Of a stretch of 64,000 nt of DNA, positions 12,401 through 24,475 are shown piece by piece (the first letter of the stretch is position 1; each line of letters begins with the position of its first letter). Source of the DNA: Klebsormidium nitens (Eukaryota > Plantae > Klebsormidiophyceae). The stretch is from NCBI GenBank assembly GCA_000708835.1, contig DF236963.1, positions 186,001-250,000 on the forward strand, in the 5' to 3' direction. The position numbers were made by a program, and so were the translations under genes. Below the pieces are notes generated by a model. It ran no database searches and was not told the origin of the DNA. It worked only from the letters and a program-made list of their open reading frames with translations.

Positions 12401-13341
12401 ATCCAGATAGCAAGCGAGGCAACGACTTGCTGCCCTCCTTAACATAGCCTGCCAGTCGCTTTGGGCGGTCTCTTTTGCCCAAGACAGATGAAAGGATAGA
12501 AGAACACTTGTACTTATCATAGCCTGCCGGGCGCTTGTTGGGCGCTCTTTTTTGTCTCGAGACAGATGAAAGGATGAAAGGATGAAAGAATACCTACCTT
12601 AGTCATCGGGCACCGCCTTGGTCGATGCGGGATGAGCGTTTCACACCAAAGAAGGGACTTTGCAGAAGGGAGGCCCCACGGCAAGCGACAAAAAGCTGAA
12701 CGTTTCTGGTTCTCACTTGCGCAGCTTGTATGGCTTCTCCAGCTTCCTGTACTACGCCTTCTATCCGCCGCTGCTGTACATAACATTCTTGGCGGACTTC
12801 TTCCGGGTAAGACATTCACATTGGAAGTTCAATGATGCTTGTTCGACTCGTTCTCGAACGTTCCTCGAAGACGTACTTTGAATTTCTGTCAGCTGGCTTT
12901 CAACGGTCTTACTAATATCATATTAACGTGCGCTTCAAGTCCGACGCAGCTTCTGCCGTTGTCAATTCTTTCGTCATTGCTCCGCTCCAGCCTAATGGTT
13001 GCCTAACCACCTTGATCAAGAAAACAATCAAAATGATCCTGAATGCGAGCTTTGTACCTCTGGTGGGTGGTAAATCTCAAGTGTGCCTCGGCCACAAGTT
13101 CGATCGTTCTTGCAAAAAGACCTCGCCTGAATAGTAGCATGGTTCCTTCTTTCAAATCGGCTTCTTAAACTCTTTCACAAGTCAGGCCTCGCCGTTCAAG
13201 CGCTTCTGACAATCTGGATGAAGTTGTGCTCCGACTTATCTTGGGGCGCATTTTCTTATGCAGGAGGAAGACTTGCAAATGGAGGACGTCTACTACAGCG
13301 AGATGAAGGACGCCGGGTACTTTGATGCAGATTGGGAATAG
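9480..13341 (+). CDS. CAND2: CAND2/PMTR1 (TPRA1/GPR175 family) seven-transmembrane candidate GPCR
   Basis: Approximate exons 9480-9770, 10151-10347, 10841-11007, 11725-11828, 12724-12807 and 13264-13341. The motifs RSHIMSTYYGFLW, FYPPLLYITFLADFF and the terminal EEDLQMEDVYYSEMKDAGYFDADWE* match Arabidopsis CAND2 as recalled. Confidence 0.92.
12440..12605 (+). repeat. Intronic tandem duplication (~75 bp) in the CAND2-like gene
   Basis: catagcctgcc...gggcg(g)tctctttt...agacagatgaaaggat occurs twice. The second copy carries a short (gatgaaag)n expansion. Confidence 0.8.
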
Positions 13342-13619
13342 CTGTCGATCAATTTGAAGTCCGCCGAGGACGCTTGTCGTCAAAGATCAAGCAGCATGCA
13401 GTCTCGGTTCAGCGAGCTTCGATCGGGAAGCGGAGTTCATTTCCAACTCATGTCGAGTCACTTACAGGCTGATCCCGAATGGTGTATCGTTTGGTGCTTG
13501 TATCGATCTGAGCCTGGAGCTAAAATCGCATGGATCATTCAAGTTGAGCAAACGATGATGTCAGGACACATTTGAATGAACGGGTTGGTTTGCATAGGCC
13601 GCCGGCACATATGGTGCAG

Positions 13620-13845
13620 ACTGCACATGCCGCCATGCCTGGCATGCCAGGCAGACGATCATGCATGTAGCTATACGTCTTCATTCAGCATGCACCGGCC
13701 GCAGGGGCGCCTGCAGTCGTCGTTATATAGTTACGATCGATAGACATGCAGTCGGATGCCCGCATGGCATGGGTGATGTGGTCACATCTTGAGTATATTG
13801 GAATTACGTCTTCATAAGCATCGAGTCATCAAGGGCCATGCCATC
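13620..13845. other. CATG-rich intergenic island (convergent spacer, CAND2/IMPase)
   Basis: 10 CATG counted in ~220 bp. Confidence 0.65.
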
Positions 13846-14319
13846 CCACACCTTGCAATTGGTATGCGACGGTGGTCGTGGTTACCATGTTAACCTGGCT
13901 GACAAGCCGAGGACGGTGCTCAACCGTCCGCTCAGAGATCCTTTGCTATTGCGCAACTTACGCAATCATTTGATCCAAACGAGTGCTATAAGTACTGAGA
14001 AAATGGAACGCTTTTCATCAGTCTACGCATACGGTCAGCTCTTGGATTCGTCGATCAATCGAAAAGACGTTCTCAGTGCTCGTGCGGGGCTCAGAACCGC
14101 AAGGGTCACGGTCGACCATTGGTACTTTGTTGCTTACGGACAGGTTTTAGATTCCATGTAGACAGCCAGAATCCGTGTAGACACGGAAGGCATATTCTCG
14201 GGGCACTAAGAAGCCGTTGACCCAAGGCTTATTCACGAAAGGTTTGCCTGTCTACATACAGCATTACAAAAATGGCTGTAGAAACCTTGTGATGAAGGCC
14301 TTTCTTTAGTCTCGCCTCG

Positions 14320-17300
14320 TTACCTCAGGTCGGACTCCTCTCCGGTACACTCCGCCTCTCGAAGCAGAGAAAGGACACGCTCGTGCAGCTGTCCGCCACA
14401 GGAAGCCAAAATAGGGCCCGCCCGTAACCGCATGGGTTTGCCCGCCATGTCGGTAACCCGACCACCTGCTTCCTGCACATGTCGAAGACCGAGCATCTGC
14501 GTTTGCAGAATTGCGGTTGGGAGCTATTTGCTCGAGTCCGGCTAGTTTTAGGGCCATCTTTGTCAGATGAGGCCCATGACCTACACGATTATGCGCAGTA
14601 AGTACCGATTCACTTCTGGGACTGCGGAGACTGCACTTGACGTGAGACCCTGAAATACATCCTCTGACGGATTCGGGTAAGCCTGGAAACGGAGGGGCAC
14701 GGATCGAAACAGTCATAAAACCACTGCTGAACCTCACCTCCACAATCAGCCAAGCCGCCGCCACGTCCCATGGCTGCAAAAGAAACACGCCCGCAAGTCA
14801 GCTACTTTTAACTGTGGCGAATCATCGCTCTGCTTGCAAGCAGAACCCTGGTCAAACAGGTCACCGAAATGCAAGCAGCGCAAACTTATGCAGGGACTGT
14901 GCAAATTGGAGCTGATTAAAATGTGCAGACGGTGTGCATAGGAAGCGCGGGATTGACACGCACAAAAGGGATCTGTTGAAGTGTGCAATTATGCAGAGAT
15001 GGAGCGACTGCAGCATCAAGAGCGCACCTTTAAGTTGAGCTCAAAGAAGCACGCGAGCTTTCCCGCGGCCACGTAGCTCATGTGAAGGGCCTGCACAAAG
15101 AGGATTGCAAACTGTCTTTGATTTGCAACGAGTTAGGACTGGCTCGAAGACAGCGCTTCAGGGACTAGGTATGTCGCGTCGACGTCCTCATGAGATGGTG
15201 CTAATTTTTGACGTCTATCAGAAGCTCACCTTGTCATGTCTTCGAAACAGCTTCTGTCACGCTGCCTTCCATCGACAAGGTGCTTCACAAAACCCACTCA
15301 CTATTATCGAATCGTTTTGCGGATCTCGAAGCACACGGAAGAACGACAAGTATTCGGAGCACTGGATCAACGTTGTAAAGATACGCTCGCAGAAGGACCA
15401 TTGAGATCCTCATGTTCACTCGGCGACTAGAAGAGAGACGATTGGTTAAACGGCAGGAGAAGTACTGAGAGCTCATCAGCCGTACTTATCGAAACTCCTT
15501 TGTGATTGTTTGTGGCATCTGACCCTGATCTTGGCATCACAGTCCCGAATGCTTTTTATTGGAGATGCTAATGTTCAACGTGCAATATCTCCATAAGCCA
15601 GAGGTTTTCCATTTGCAATCTTGCACCCGGATAAGAAGGCATCCGTAAACCCAGGAGCCTCACAAAAGTAAAAAGCCCCGAGGCTCACCGCAGTCCCTAA
15701 AGCGCGGACGGTCCGTGCGTGCGGGGCAACCGCTGAGACTCCTCGCAGCATGCGCTCTCGCACCGGACGCTGCAACACATGATCTACCCTCAAAATCCTA
15801 GCTTGATGAACAATAATCGTGCAAAAGTCGCATTGAATATAATGGACGTCTACAAATACAGAGAACGTCCAAGCAGTCTCAGGTTTCGGCGCTAGCACCA
15901 CAGAAGGAGCGCTCTCAAACTAAAGGCAGCCCCTAGCGTCGCCGGGTTTCTCAACCTTCGTGGTTGAGCGTTCGAGGAAGGTCAGGCCTAATAAAGGATA
16001 GCTTTTGAGAGGGCAGAGTCCTTGATAGGTCTTAATAGGGTCCTGGACAACGGGCATTTTCGGCGCCATTAGAAAGCCAATATCGGTGACTCGCTAAATC
16101 GTACTGGAAGCTATTAGTCGCGGCAGGACGGAAGACCTCTCTTATCCTGCTTGGCTGGTCTAAGAAGGGTTGTAACGCTAAGCAAACAGAAGACGAGGTA
16201 CAGAAAATGGAGGTGACTTAATGTTAAGCAAGCGAGGTTTGGAGCTAGCGTCTTTCAAGGATCCGACATGTTGTGTTCACTCGTGGAATAGAAGGAGCGG
16301 GGAAAGTGGCTCGCAACTATTTGGAGCAATCGGAAGCCCTGCAAGCGCAATCTGTGCAAACGAAGTACTAACGGTAGCGTCACCGAGACAAACGAGCGAC
16401 AACCGGTTGGAAGACGGATACATTTTGGCTCTAGCCGTTACCGGTTCTACTACGAGTACAGTATCCAAGCAAGCACAACTGCTATTGCTGCAATTAGATC
16501 GAGACCTCCTTAAAATCCAAATACCAACGGTGGAAGCCCCGAGTCCGGCTTCGAGAAGGAAGCGCCAAGCGTCGAGAAAGCGGTCGAGCTTAGACATGCG
16601 AACGACACCGTTTCTAGGCTGGATGCAGGGGCAAGAGCTCGTTCGTGTTGGATATCTCTTCACAATGGAGTTTGAAAGGCAGTCTCTGGGCAGTGTTCGG
16701 TGCCCTTAAGAAGTACGTCGAGGCTTGTTGCTGGCAGCCAAGTGAAGGGTCATTGTATCAAGTGTGGCAAGCTTTGCCGTGACTTTACCGCAATTGGCTG
16801 GATTGCGTTAACCAGAATCGGTCGACAGGCCGGTGCACCTCGTATGAGTCGAGCAACAAAAGATGGCGACAGGAGCACAGTCACCTTGGACGGGAAGCCC
16901 ACCGACACCGCTCCGTCCTCAAGCTCCGTTTCCGGCGGTAGAACGGAAATCCGCTCGCCGTTCAGAAACGCGCCTGCAGGGCCGCAGAAAAGTTCGATCA
17001 CTGACCTCGCGCCGGATTGTAAAGTCCCGCGTTCTGAGAAATACAATCTTTGCAACCATGCCCACACCTTCTCGTCGTCTGCCTTCGGACCTTCGTAACG
17101 CTTCTAAACGGCCAAAATCGTAAGCGAAAATGCCAGGGACTATACTCCCAAGCTGAGGAAAAGAGAACCCTCGTTTTTTCGCCAAGGTAAGCGCCAGGAA
17201 GAAGGTTACCAGCAGAATCTGATCACCACCCAAACTCGTTAACGCGCCGCACCCGTGCCCAATCTATCCCCCTGGCTGACCCCACTCGTTCTACGCCTTC

Positions 17301-19696
17301 GACGTTACTCTTCGTAGCACTTGCCCTTCAGGAAACCTCCTGAGATAGGAACGAAGGGACATCGAACGGCTAACCTTCGCCTCGCCGAGCTGTGAAAAGC
17401 TCTCCCGAGTACGGGTTGAAAACGACGCCCACCTCGACCCGGTTCGCTTTTGCAACGCCGATTGACACCACCGAGAGGGGCAGGCCTCCTACCTGGGCCA
17501 TCAACGAGCAGAGTGTCAAGAGAGGGCCACCGCTAACGATGTTGTCGAAGATCGACTGGTCGGAAGCTTCGATATATCCGTTAGAGGGTCTGGCGCTGTT
17601 CCAGACGTCTTCTGACCAACATGTTTCATCGATCAATGCTTATAAGTTGTGACAATCTATGGCAGTGTCAGGGGTTCGAAAGCTGAGAGTTTGTTGAGTG
17701 TCATACTCGAGTGGGCGCACTAGCAGGCCAATTGAAAGCAGATGCCAATCAGTACGTTTCACTATTCGGTCATCTTGACACAAACCTGGACTTTCTCGTC
17801 AGACGAGGCCTCTTACAAAGTTGAGCGTCCCGTCGATCGGGTCCACGATCCACGTCCAATCAGAGTCCGCCAGCGTGGCATCCAGCCGCTCGAGCTCCTC
17901 GGACGTCGACGTCTCCTCTCCTAGGATTGAGTGGTCCGGAAAACTCTCCTGTCAGAAGGAAAGAGCATGTTCGATCGAAGAAGATGGTCACGAGCAAGAC
18001 CACAGACCCCTGTGCGAAGGAGCTCGGATGAGACATCGCAGAGAGCAATCCTGAATTAGTACACCTTGAGTGGGACGCTTGCGCGGCTGAAAGATTTTGA
18101 AACACGTTTCCAGCCAGTCATAGGGTGGCCAGCTTCGTATCTTACATGGACCTCCGGCCAAGTGTGTCGGTTCCTTCCTGCTCAACGAGGATGCTCCAAG
18201 TCCTCTTCTAGCTCGGCTTAGATCCAATTCGGACTACATTTACCTTACTCTTCTCTCTTCCTCAAAAGCTCAGCGATCCTTGAAGCCAGTCTCCGGTTTA
18301 ATACCTTTCTCTCGAATGCTGCCGTCTGTGCTCCATCAAGCCACCTTAACTTTCGATCAACCTTCTTTCGCACCAGGTGAGCGGAAAGGCCTCACCTGTA
18401 CTCTCTGCTTGATGAGGTCCTCGCACGCCTTGTCCACTTCGGTGACCAGGTCTGAGCGCACGCCCTTTGTCTCCACATTCTGCGCCTTTCCTGAGGCGGC
18501 AACAATGAGCCGCCCAGCCTGCATCAGAACAAGCATTGGTTCCTTCTTTGAATATGATTTCTCTTGTTGCCTTGCCTTTTTGCAGAAACACTAAGTATCC
18601 AACTTTGCTCTGCGTCGGTGGAATTGAAGAGGAAAGCAGTTATCATCTGATAAAGCAAAGGCCTTCCTTGTGTAGCTTATCAAGCTTAGAAAGAGGGGCG
18701 AGACAAGCCTGTTTGCACCTTGTCACGACACCAACTTCATGATCTGATGGGAAGGTAGTGCAGCTTCTGATTGAACTTGGAGGAGGTTACTTTGCCCAAT
18801 CTGTTTCCTACGATGGCAGAACTCACTCAGTGTGGTTTGCAACTTTGCAGTACCAACTTTCTGTGCAAAGATCATGCTGACCAGGCACTAAGGATGGCGC
18901 CTTTAAAGGGAAGATACTCCAGAGCTCAATTCTGTCAGAAGTCAAGCAGTTATAACATACGAGCATCTTGCAAATGAAGGAACTTAAGAAAGAAATGCAG
19001 CACGTGACAAAATATGTGGCTACATCAGAAGCTGCCCTGCCCCCTCCTTATGCTGCCCTGCCCCCTCCTAGTTATGCAATCCGGCCCCCATCTTATATTC
19101 TGACACTGAACTAGACAAAATTAAATCTTCTATCTGACCTCCATCGCTGCTTTTTTGGCAACTCCCTCAATCTCCATCTTCAGGTCCTCTGGCGATGCCC
19201 CAGCTTTGGCACCTTCAGTAGTGTAAGCCATGACCAACTTTCTTCTACTTGGCCGGAACTCGAACTTGATCCCAGCGCTCTTGGACCAAAAGCAGCTCAA
19301 TATGCTCGCTCCTGAGGGCAGTGTAGAAGACCAAGGGCTTGAACAGACACAAGGCGGTTGGTTTACAATGTGGGCAGCTCCACATAAGCTAACCTGATCT
19401 GCGAGCTTTCCACTGAGTAAGAGTCCTGAAAGATTGAAGCAGGATGCTGATTGTGAAGCCCCAGCTTGCCTTCCAGGATTGCGGGTTTGTTTATTTGAAA
19501 CTTCCAGCAATCCGTTCGCTGCATTGCATCGACTGCCACCAGTTTTTTCAAGACGGCTGAGCACGTAAATCTGCTGACGCTGCCATGTCTTTGCTGCCAA
19601 TGTACTTCCCATTCCTTGAGCGCCCAAGAAGGGCGAAAACTCCAAGAATAGGAAGAGGGAAATCTGCATTTTGCGAAGGTGGATTTGAGCGGCCAT
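14320..19696 (-). CDS. Inositol monophosphatase family protein (SuhB-like), probably organelle-targeted; start uncertain
   Basis: Exons ..19135, 18518-18396, 17948-17817, 17492-17375, 16973-16885, 15769-15689, 15090-15028, 14773-14738 and 14472-14320. They give [63 protein letters not shown] and [16 protein letters not shown], all IMPase motifs in order. Confidence 0.93.
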
Positions 19697-19714
19697 GGAG
19701 CAGAATTCTCAGAG

Positions 19715-19759
19715 TTAGGGTTTTTTCATGATCCATGTTGCCCACAGCAGCTAGGGTTT
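19715..19759 (-). promoter_or_regulatory. Two telo-boxes (AAACCCTA) just upstream of the candidate IMPase ATG
   Basis: TAGGGTTT on the + strand at ~19716 and 19752. Confidence 0.4.
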
Positions 19760-20593
19760 TGAACTTCGTAGGATATTTGATGGTCAGGATTGAGTTGAAA
19801 TGACGTAAGATGGCTTCCGAGTCAGACGCGTGGCGCCGATCTGCAGCCATCTGGAGCGTCAAGAACCGGGTTGACCCCACCGGTAGTCAACTCAGAATAC
19901 AGTGTCAAAGCACCGTTTACCAGGGTCAATTCAAAAATACTTTCCCTTATATATGATCTACGTCCTGGTTAGCGTGAAGTTACATGCAGTTTTTGACACT
20001 TTTGGAACCCCCATCATCCGGGTCAGCCGGGTGGGAAATCTGATTCGTGAATGAGTAGGTTCGAGCAAAGACGGTCATCTGACATATATAAGACTGGAAA
20101 GCACCTGACTGGAAAGCACCTGAAAAAGACGGTTTGCAATCTGCTGAGTTGCTTTTCAGCCGCGTCTTCCTGCCTTCCTCAGTTCCTGCAACTTCCTTGG
20201 CCGCCATCCTGCAACTTGCTGCTTGCTTGAAGGCCATGAACGCGGCACCCCAAAGATCAGCAAAGAAAGGAACCACGGAATAGGAGCTTGCAGATGAAAC
20301 CGGGACCGGGAGTTTTCAACGTTTTATTTTGCGCAAGAAGAGCTTGCTTTCATTGTCAGCTTTGTCATGAGTTGTCCTATCTGTCTCTCCGCGACTTGAA
20401 TAGGATTCAATCTGGCTCTTCAAGCCCGTATGTAAACCCATTGTGCTAAGTGATGACCTGATAGTCAAGCAAGCTGACATCCATGTTTAGGATTGCATTA
20501 GGTGCACAGTAGTCAGTTACATATCTGCAGCAGCTTCTGAGGAAGCAAGCCCTGTGCACAAGACTTCCCTGGTGGAAGCAAGGGTTGGCACGG

Positions 20594-23559
20594 ATGGGTT
20601 CCTCTGCTCAGCTTCGGCTGATGTCGGATCTGAAAACAATTCAGCAAGAACCCCCGGAGGGATGCAGCGCGAGTCCGTTGAGCGATGACAACCTGTTCGT
20701 CTGGCAGTGCCAGATATTTGTGAGCAACGGCAACCATTCTTTCTAGCTGGAAAGGTTGAGTTGCATATTCAGATCATGCTCCTTTGATGATTCACCAAGC
20801 CAGTTGCTTGTCTTTGAATCTTCTGGTTGGAACCATCTTGAGGCTGCTGCTGTAGACGTGCTCGAAGCTGCTCCTGTAGACGTGTCGATCCAGCAAAAGA
20901 GGATACTAAGCATGGCAAGTCGTTACTCTGGATTCGTTCAAGATATCGCCGTGATGTCGGGGTAGAGTTGAGGCTGGCTCCTCTTGCTGGCTCCTCTGTC
21001 TATCCATCAGAGCATCTCCTTGAAGAGTTTTCGTCAGTTGGGGCTGTGGAGCTTCAGAGGCTGTGTAGTATGACTTAAGCTGCTACTGCAATCTTCAGAA
21101 TTCAGATGCTGATAGGTATTGACGTGGGAGCTGTCGGAACAGCCTTCTTCCGACATTCAGGTGTTTCTTTGTTGTGCTGGCCCGTATGTTGGCATCTTTT
21201 TGAAGTATTTGTACGGGGGCACAACGCTAGACTTCTTTCAGGTGTACAGCATTCAATCTGCACGGCTGCAATCTTGATATTCTGAGCCTTCTTCTGACGA
21301 TTGCAAGAAGCTATCATTCTCCTCTGAAGCTCTCGCGCTAGCATTTGTGTGCAGCCTTCGCACTGCAGCGCTCCTTGTTGCGGAGTTGCACAGTCAAGGC
21401 GTCCTTTGCTTTTGGGCCGCCGTCAGTTTCCACATTTTAGTGTTGTGCCGCAGCGTACTACTGTAAACTGTTCAATAGGGTCAGTTCAGAAGTTCCAGTG
21501 GTGGACGGAAACCAATGTTGCAATGCTGAAGCAGCTGTTCACTTACTACAAGATGATTTGTGGACTGTATGAAGGCTGGCTCATCTTTGTCTCAAATAGT
21601 TATAGCTGAATGTGTGACAAGGCGATGATGCCTATTATTAGTCAAGCTAACCCTCTTCTAGTTAACTCTTTTGGCTGGTTACATTCCGAACTCGTCCTAG
21701 CCCCAAGCGCGTCCTGAGTGACTCTAGACTTCTGTCAGGTTTCTGACCTTTCCAGATTATTTTACATCATGATCTGGTCAACCTGAGTGCTAAACCTTGG
21801 TCACTTCCCATTCGTCGTTACACCTCTCCTACATCCTTTTCCCTTTAGCTGTTCAAATCGTGTCCTTCACCACTGACTCACCCCTGACAACCCTTTCGTA
21901 AACACGATGTTCTTTGCATCCTGAAGTGCTTACCAATTCCTCTGTAGGGCCCTGACGAGTCCCCTTGGGAGGGTGGCATCTTCTCTCTGCGAATGATCTT
22001 CACGGAGCATTACCCTGCAAAGCCCCCCCGAGTACGATTTACAACGGACGTCTTCCACCCAAATGTGTATAAGGACGGCACGCTCTGCCTCGACATCATT
22101 CAGGTGCAGTGGCAATCTGCTGTATGTATTCATACTGCTTGTAATCAGAGGCTTCCACCTGTCTTAAGAGCAGGCAAACAACGTGTGGTTGAGGCCATGC
22201 ACGTTGAAGTTATTTGCGATCTTTGGCGGGATGGCTTGAAACGGAACCGAACGGAGCACTTCCTCCATTGTAGCAGCGTCCCAGTTGGGCTTGAGCATAG
22301 TCTTTTAAATTGTTGATGGGGGAAGCGGAACTGAGTCAGTTTCTTCAGAGTTCCGGATTCCGGGATTTCGCGAGCTGCAATTCCGGAGTTTACACATAAT
22401 CTGGGAAAGAGGTTCTGCTCTGGGTTGTCCTGGTGCACATGTCCGTTGCTTGTCAGTGGAGCCGTGCAGGGCAAGGGAGACGAAAGCGGGGGTGGAGTGA
22501 TGTCAGAGCGTTTGAGTATTCAGCTTTGGCAATCTGCTTCCAAAAAAGGTCTGCCGAAGGAACTGGATTGCAGACGACTTTTACAACTTACCGCTTAGGA
22601 TGGTTGCCATCCTCGTTTCTTGTGCAAAATGGTGAATTTACAAAAAGAGGGATGTCGTTGCGAACAGAGGGAATTCTTTTTTGCAGGATGCCTGGAGTCC
22701 CGTGCACAATGTTAACACGATTCTCACTTCGATACTGGTGAGTACCATCCGTTGAAAATCACTGTTCGAGGCATTCAGTGTCGGGTGACGTCTTCGGTGG
22801 ACTTGAGAAAATTCGACACAAGTGCTTGCTGAAGACGTAGGCGATAAAACCAGGCGTGCAAAACGCCTTTGGTAGATTCGAAAATGGTTCTAGAAGCATC
22901 TGGCATTTGCTCTTCTACCGCTGGAGTCATGAGCTGACGCAAATCTTCTTTAGCTTCTAGCTCGTAAGAACCCAGTGCTCAGGATCGTACATCCTGCATG
23001 CGCGCTCCAAGTGAAGACTTCTCTATGGGGTGTTACATTTGTTTCTACGGGACAACCTTTCTTGGCCACGCTTTGCGCAGGCGCCATCCTGAGAATCCAT
23101 GGTCTTGGTCTTCTGCTTTTGGCTGGGAAGTCATGGTCGGCAAGCCGTAGAGAATACCAGCGGGTCAGGGTGCAAGCAGCTGGACGCAGCCAGAGACTTG
23201 GAATCTGGTTTGCCTGCCCCTGCGCGTTGAACGGTCCCCCACGTCTTGCGAAATTCGTGCACTGTTTCTTTGAAAGTCAAGTCCGTTCACGAAAGTCACA
23301 TCCTTCCATGTAAGGTGGGCTTAAGATCTCTTTTCTTTGGCCCAGTGGTTGTATTTTAGCACTGGCAGCACTTGATTTTCTGTCATGCAATCTTGCACCT
23401 ATCTCTGATCTTGACGGCGTTCGTGTTGTACAGAGTCTGTTAACTGATCCGAACCCGGCTTCCCCAGCCAACCCGGACGCTGCTCAGCTGTACCAAAATG
23501 ATCGTGCGGCGTACAACAAAAGGGTTCGGAAATGTGCACAGAGGTCGGTAGAAGGTTAG
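20594..23559 (+). CDS. Rad6/UBC2-family ubiquitin-conjugating enzyme E2
   Basis: Exons 20594-20719 ([42 protein letters not shown]), 21948-22103 ([28 protein letters not shown]), 22687-22737 and 23434-23559 ([13 protein letters not shown]..). The HPN motif and catalytic Cys are intact. Confidence 0.95.
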
Positions 23560-24164
23560 CGAGCTCCTCGGATCATTATGCACTTGCGAATAGGCCTTTC
23601 CGGACTGGTCTGATTTGGCCGCGCACTGCGATTGTTGGACTCACTTAGCGGCCACGCATAAAAGGGGTACTGTGAGCTGCGCGCTCACTGTTTCATGAGA
23701 GGTTAGGTGTAGAAACGGTACTCTCAGGTGACTTCGTCCGCAGGTGAACCAGCGGGAACATTGATGGGGTGTAGGATAGGCAATTGCTCTCTGAGAACTT
23801 CGAACTGTACAGCTATGCACATCATGTAGAATAATTCGAAGTTCCTGTGATTCAGCTAGGTTATTCCATCACACTGTTGCAGCAACTCACTTGTGTGCTC
23901 TGATGAAAGGCGTCTGACCGGCCTGATTCCGGCTGATTACGGTGAGCACATCCCCATACCCGGCAGGCAATTCGGTGCCTGCCGGCGGCGGCGGCGGCGG
24001 CGGTGTCGTGGTGCCTGCCTGTGAGGTGCCTAGCAAATTTGACGGGTTGCGTGGTCCATTTTGACATGTCTGTAAAATGATGATGAATCTATAGTGCTAG
24101 CTTGAAGTTTAATGATATAGCTTGAATGTTGAGTCCATTTTTTTTTTGATAGAGTCGATTTAAG

Positions 24165-24390
24165 GCCACATGCATCATGGGCCGTCATCATGCAACTCAA
24201 ACCAGCTAGCTGCCACAAACAGTCACACAAAAACTGTTGGCTGCGCCGGACCATATATACCGTTTCACACGTGCTGCCTAGGCATGGTTGCACGATCACG
24301 TAGCCGCCTCATGTGACGGATAATGGTCTTTAAACGCTTGAAAGTTCCTTGATTTGCAGCATGCTGTCCAGACATGAGTGTGCATGATTT
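24165..24390. other. CATG-rich intergenic island (convergent spacer, E2/orphan gene)
   Basis: 8 CATG counted in ~220 bp, preceded by a (GGC)n run near 23985 and a T10 tract near 24138. Confidence 0.6.
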
Positions 24391-24475
24391 TCGTGAGAGA
24401 ATTGCAACTACTGTCCTCTAGCGTTTTGTATTGAGTGCTGTTACTCAGAACAATGATCGCACTTGCTTCTGTCCA

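Noticed and set aside
15575-15901. ORF with FCEAPGF, resembling the CMTR2/FtsJ methyltransferase motif
   Set aside because: The ORF is IMPase exon 15769-15689 read through into flanking introns; CEAPG lies after the GT donor.
16221-16709. 162-aa + strand ORF
   Set aside because: It lies inside a 1.1-kb IMPase intron with no recognisable domain or splice support.
20756-21344. Q-rich coding-like minus-strand frames with short duplications
   Set aside because: They lie inside intron 1 of the E2 gene, have multiple stops and match no recognisable family.
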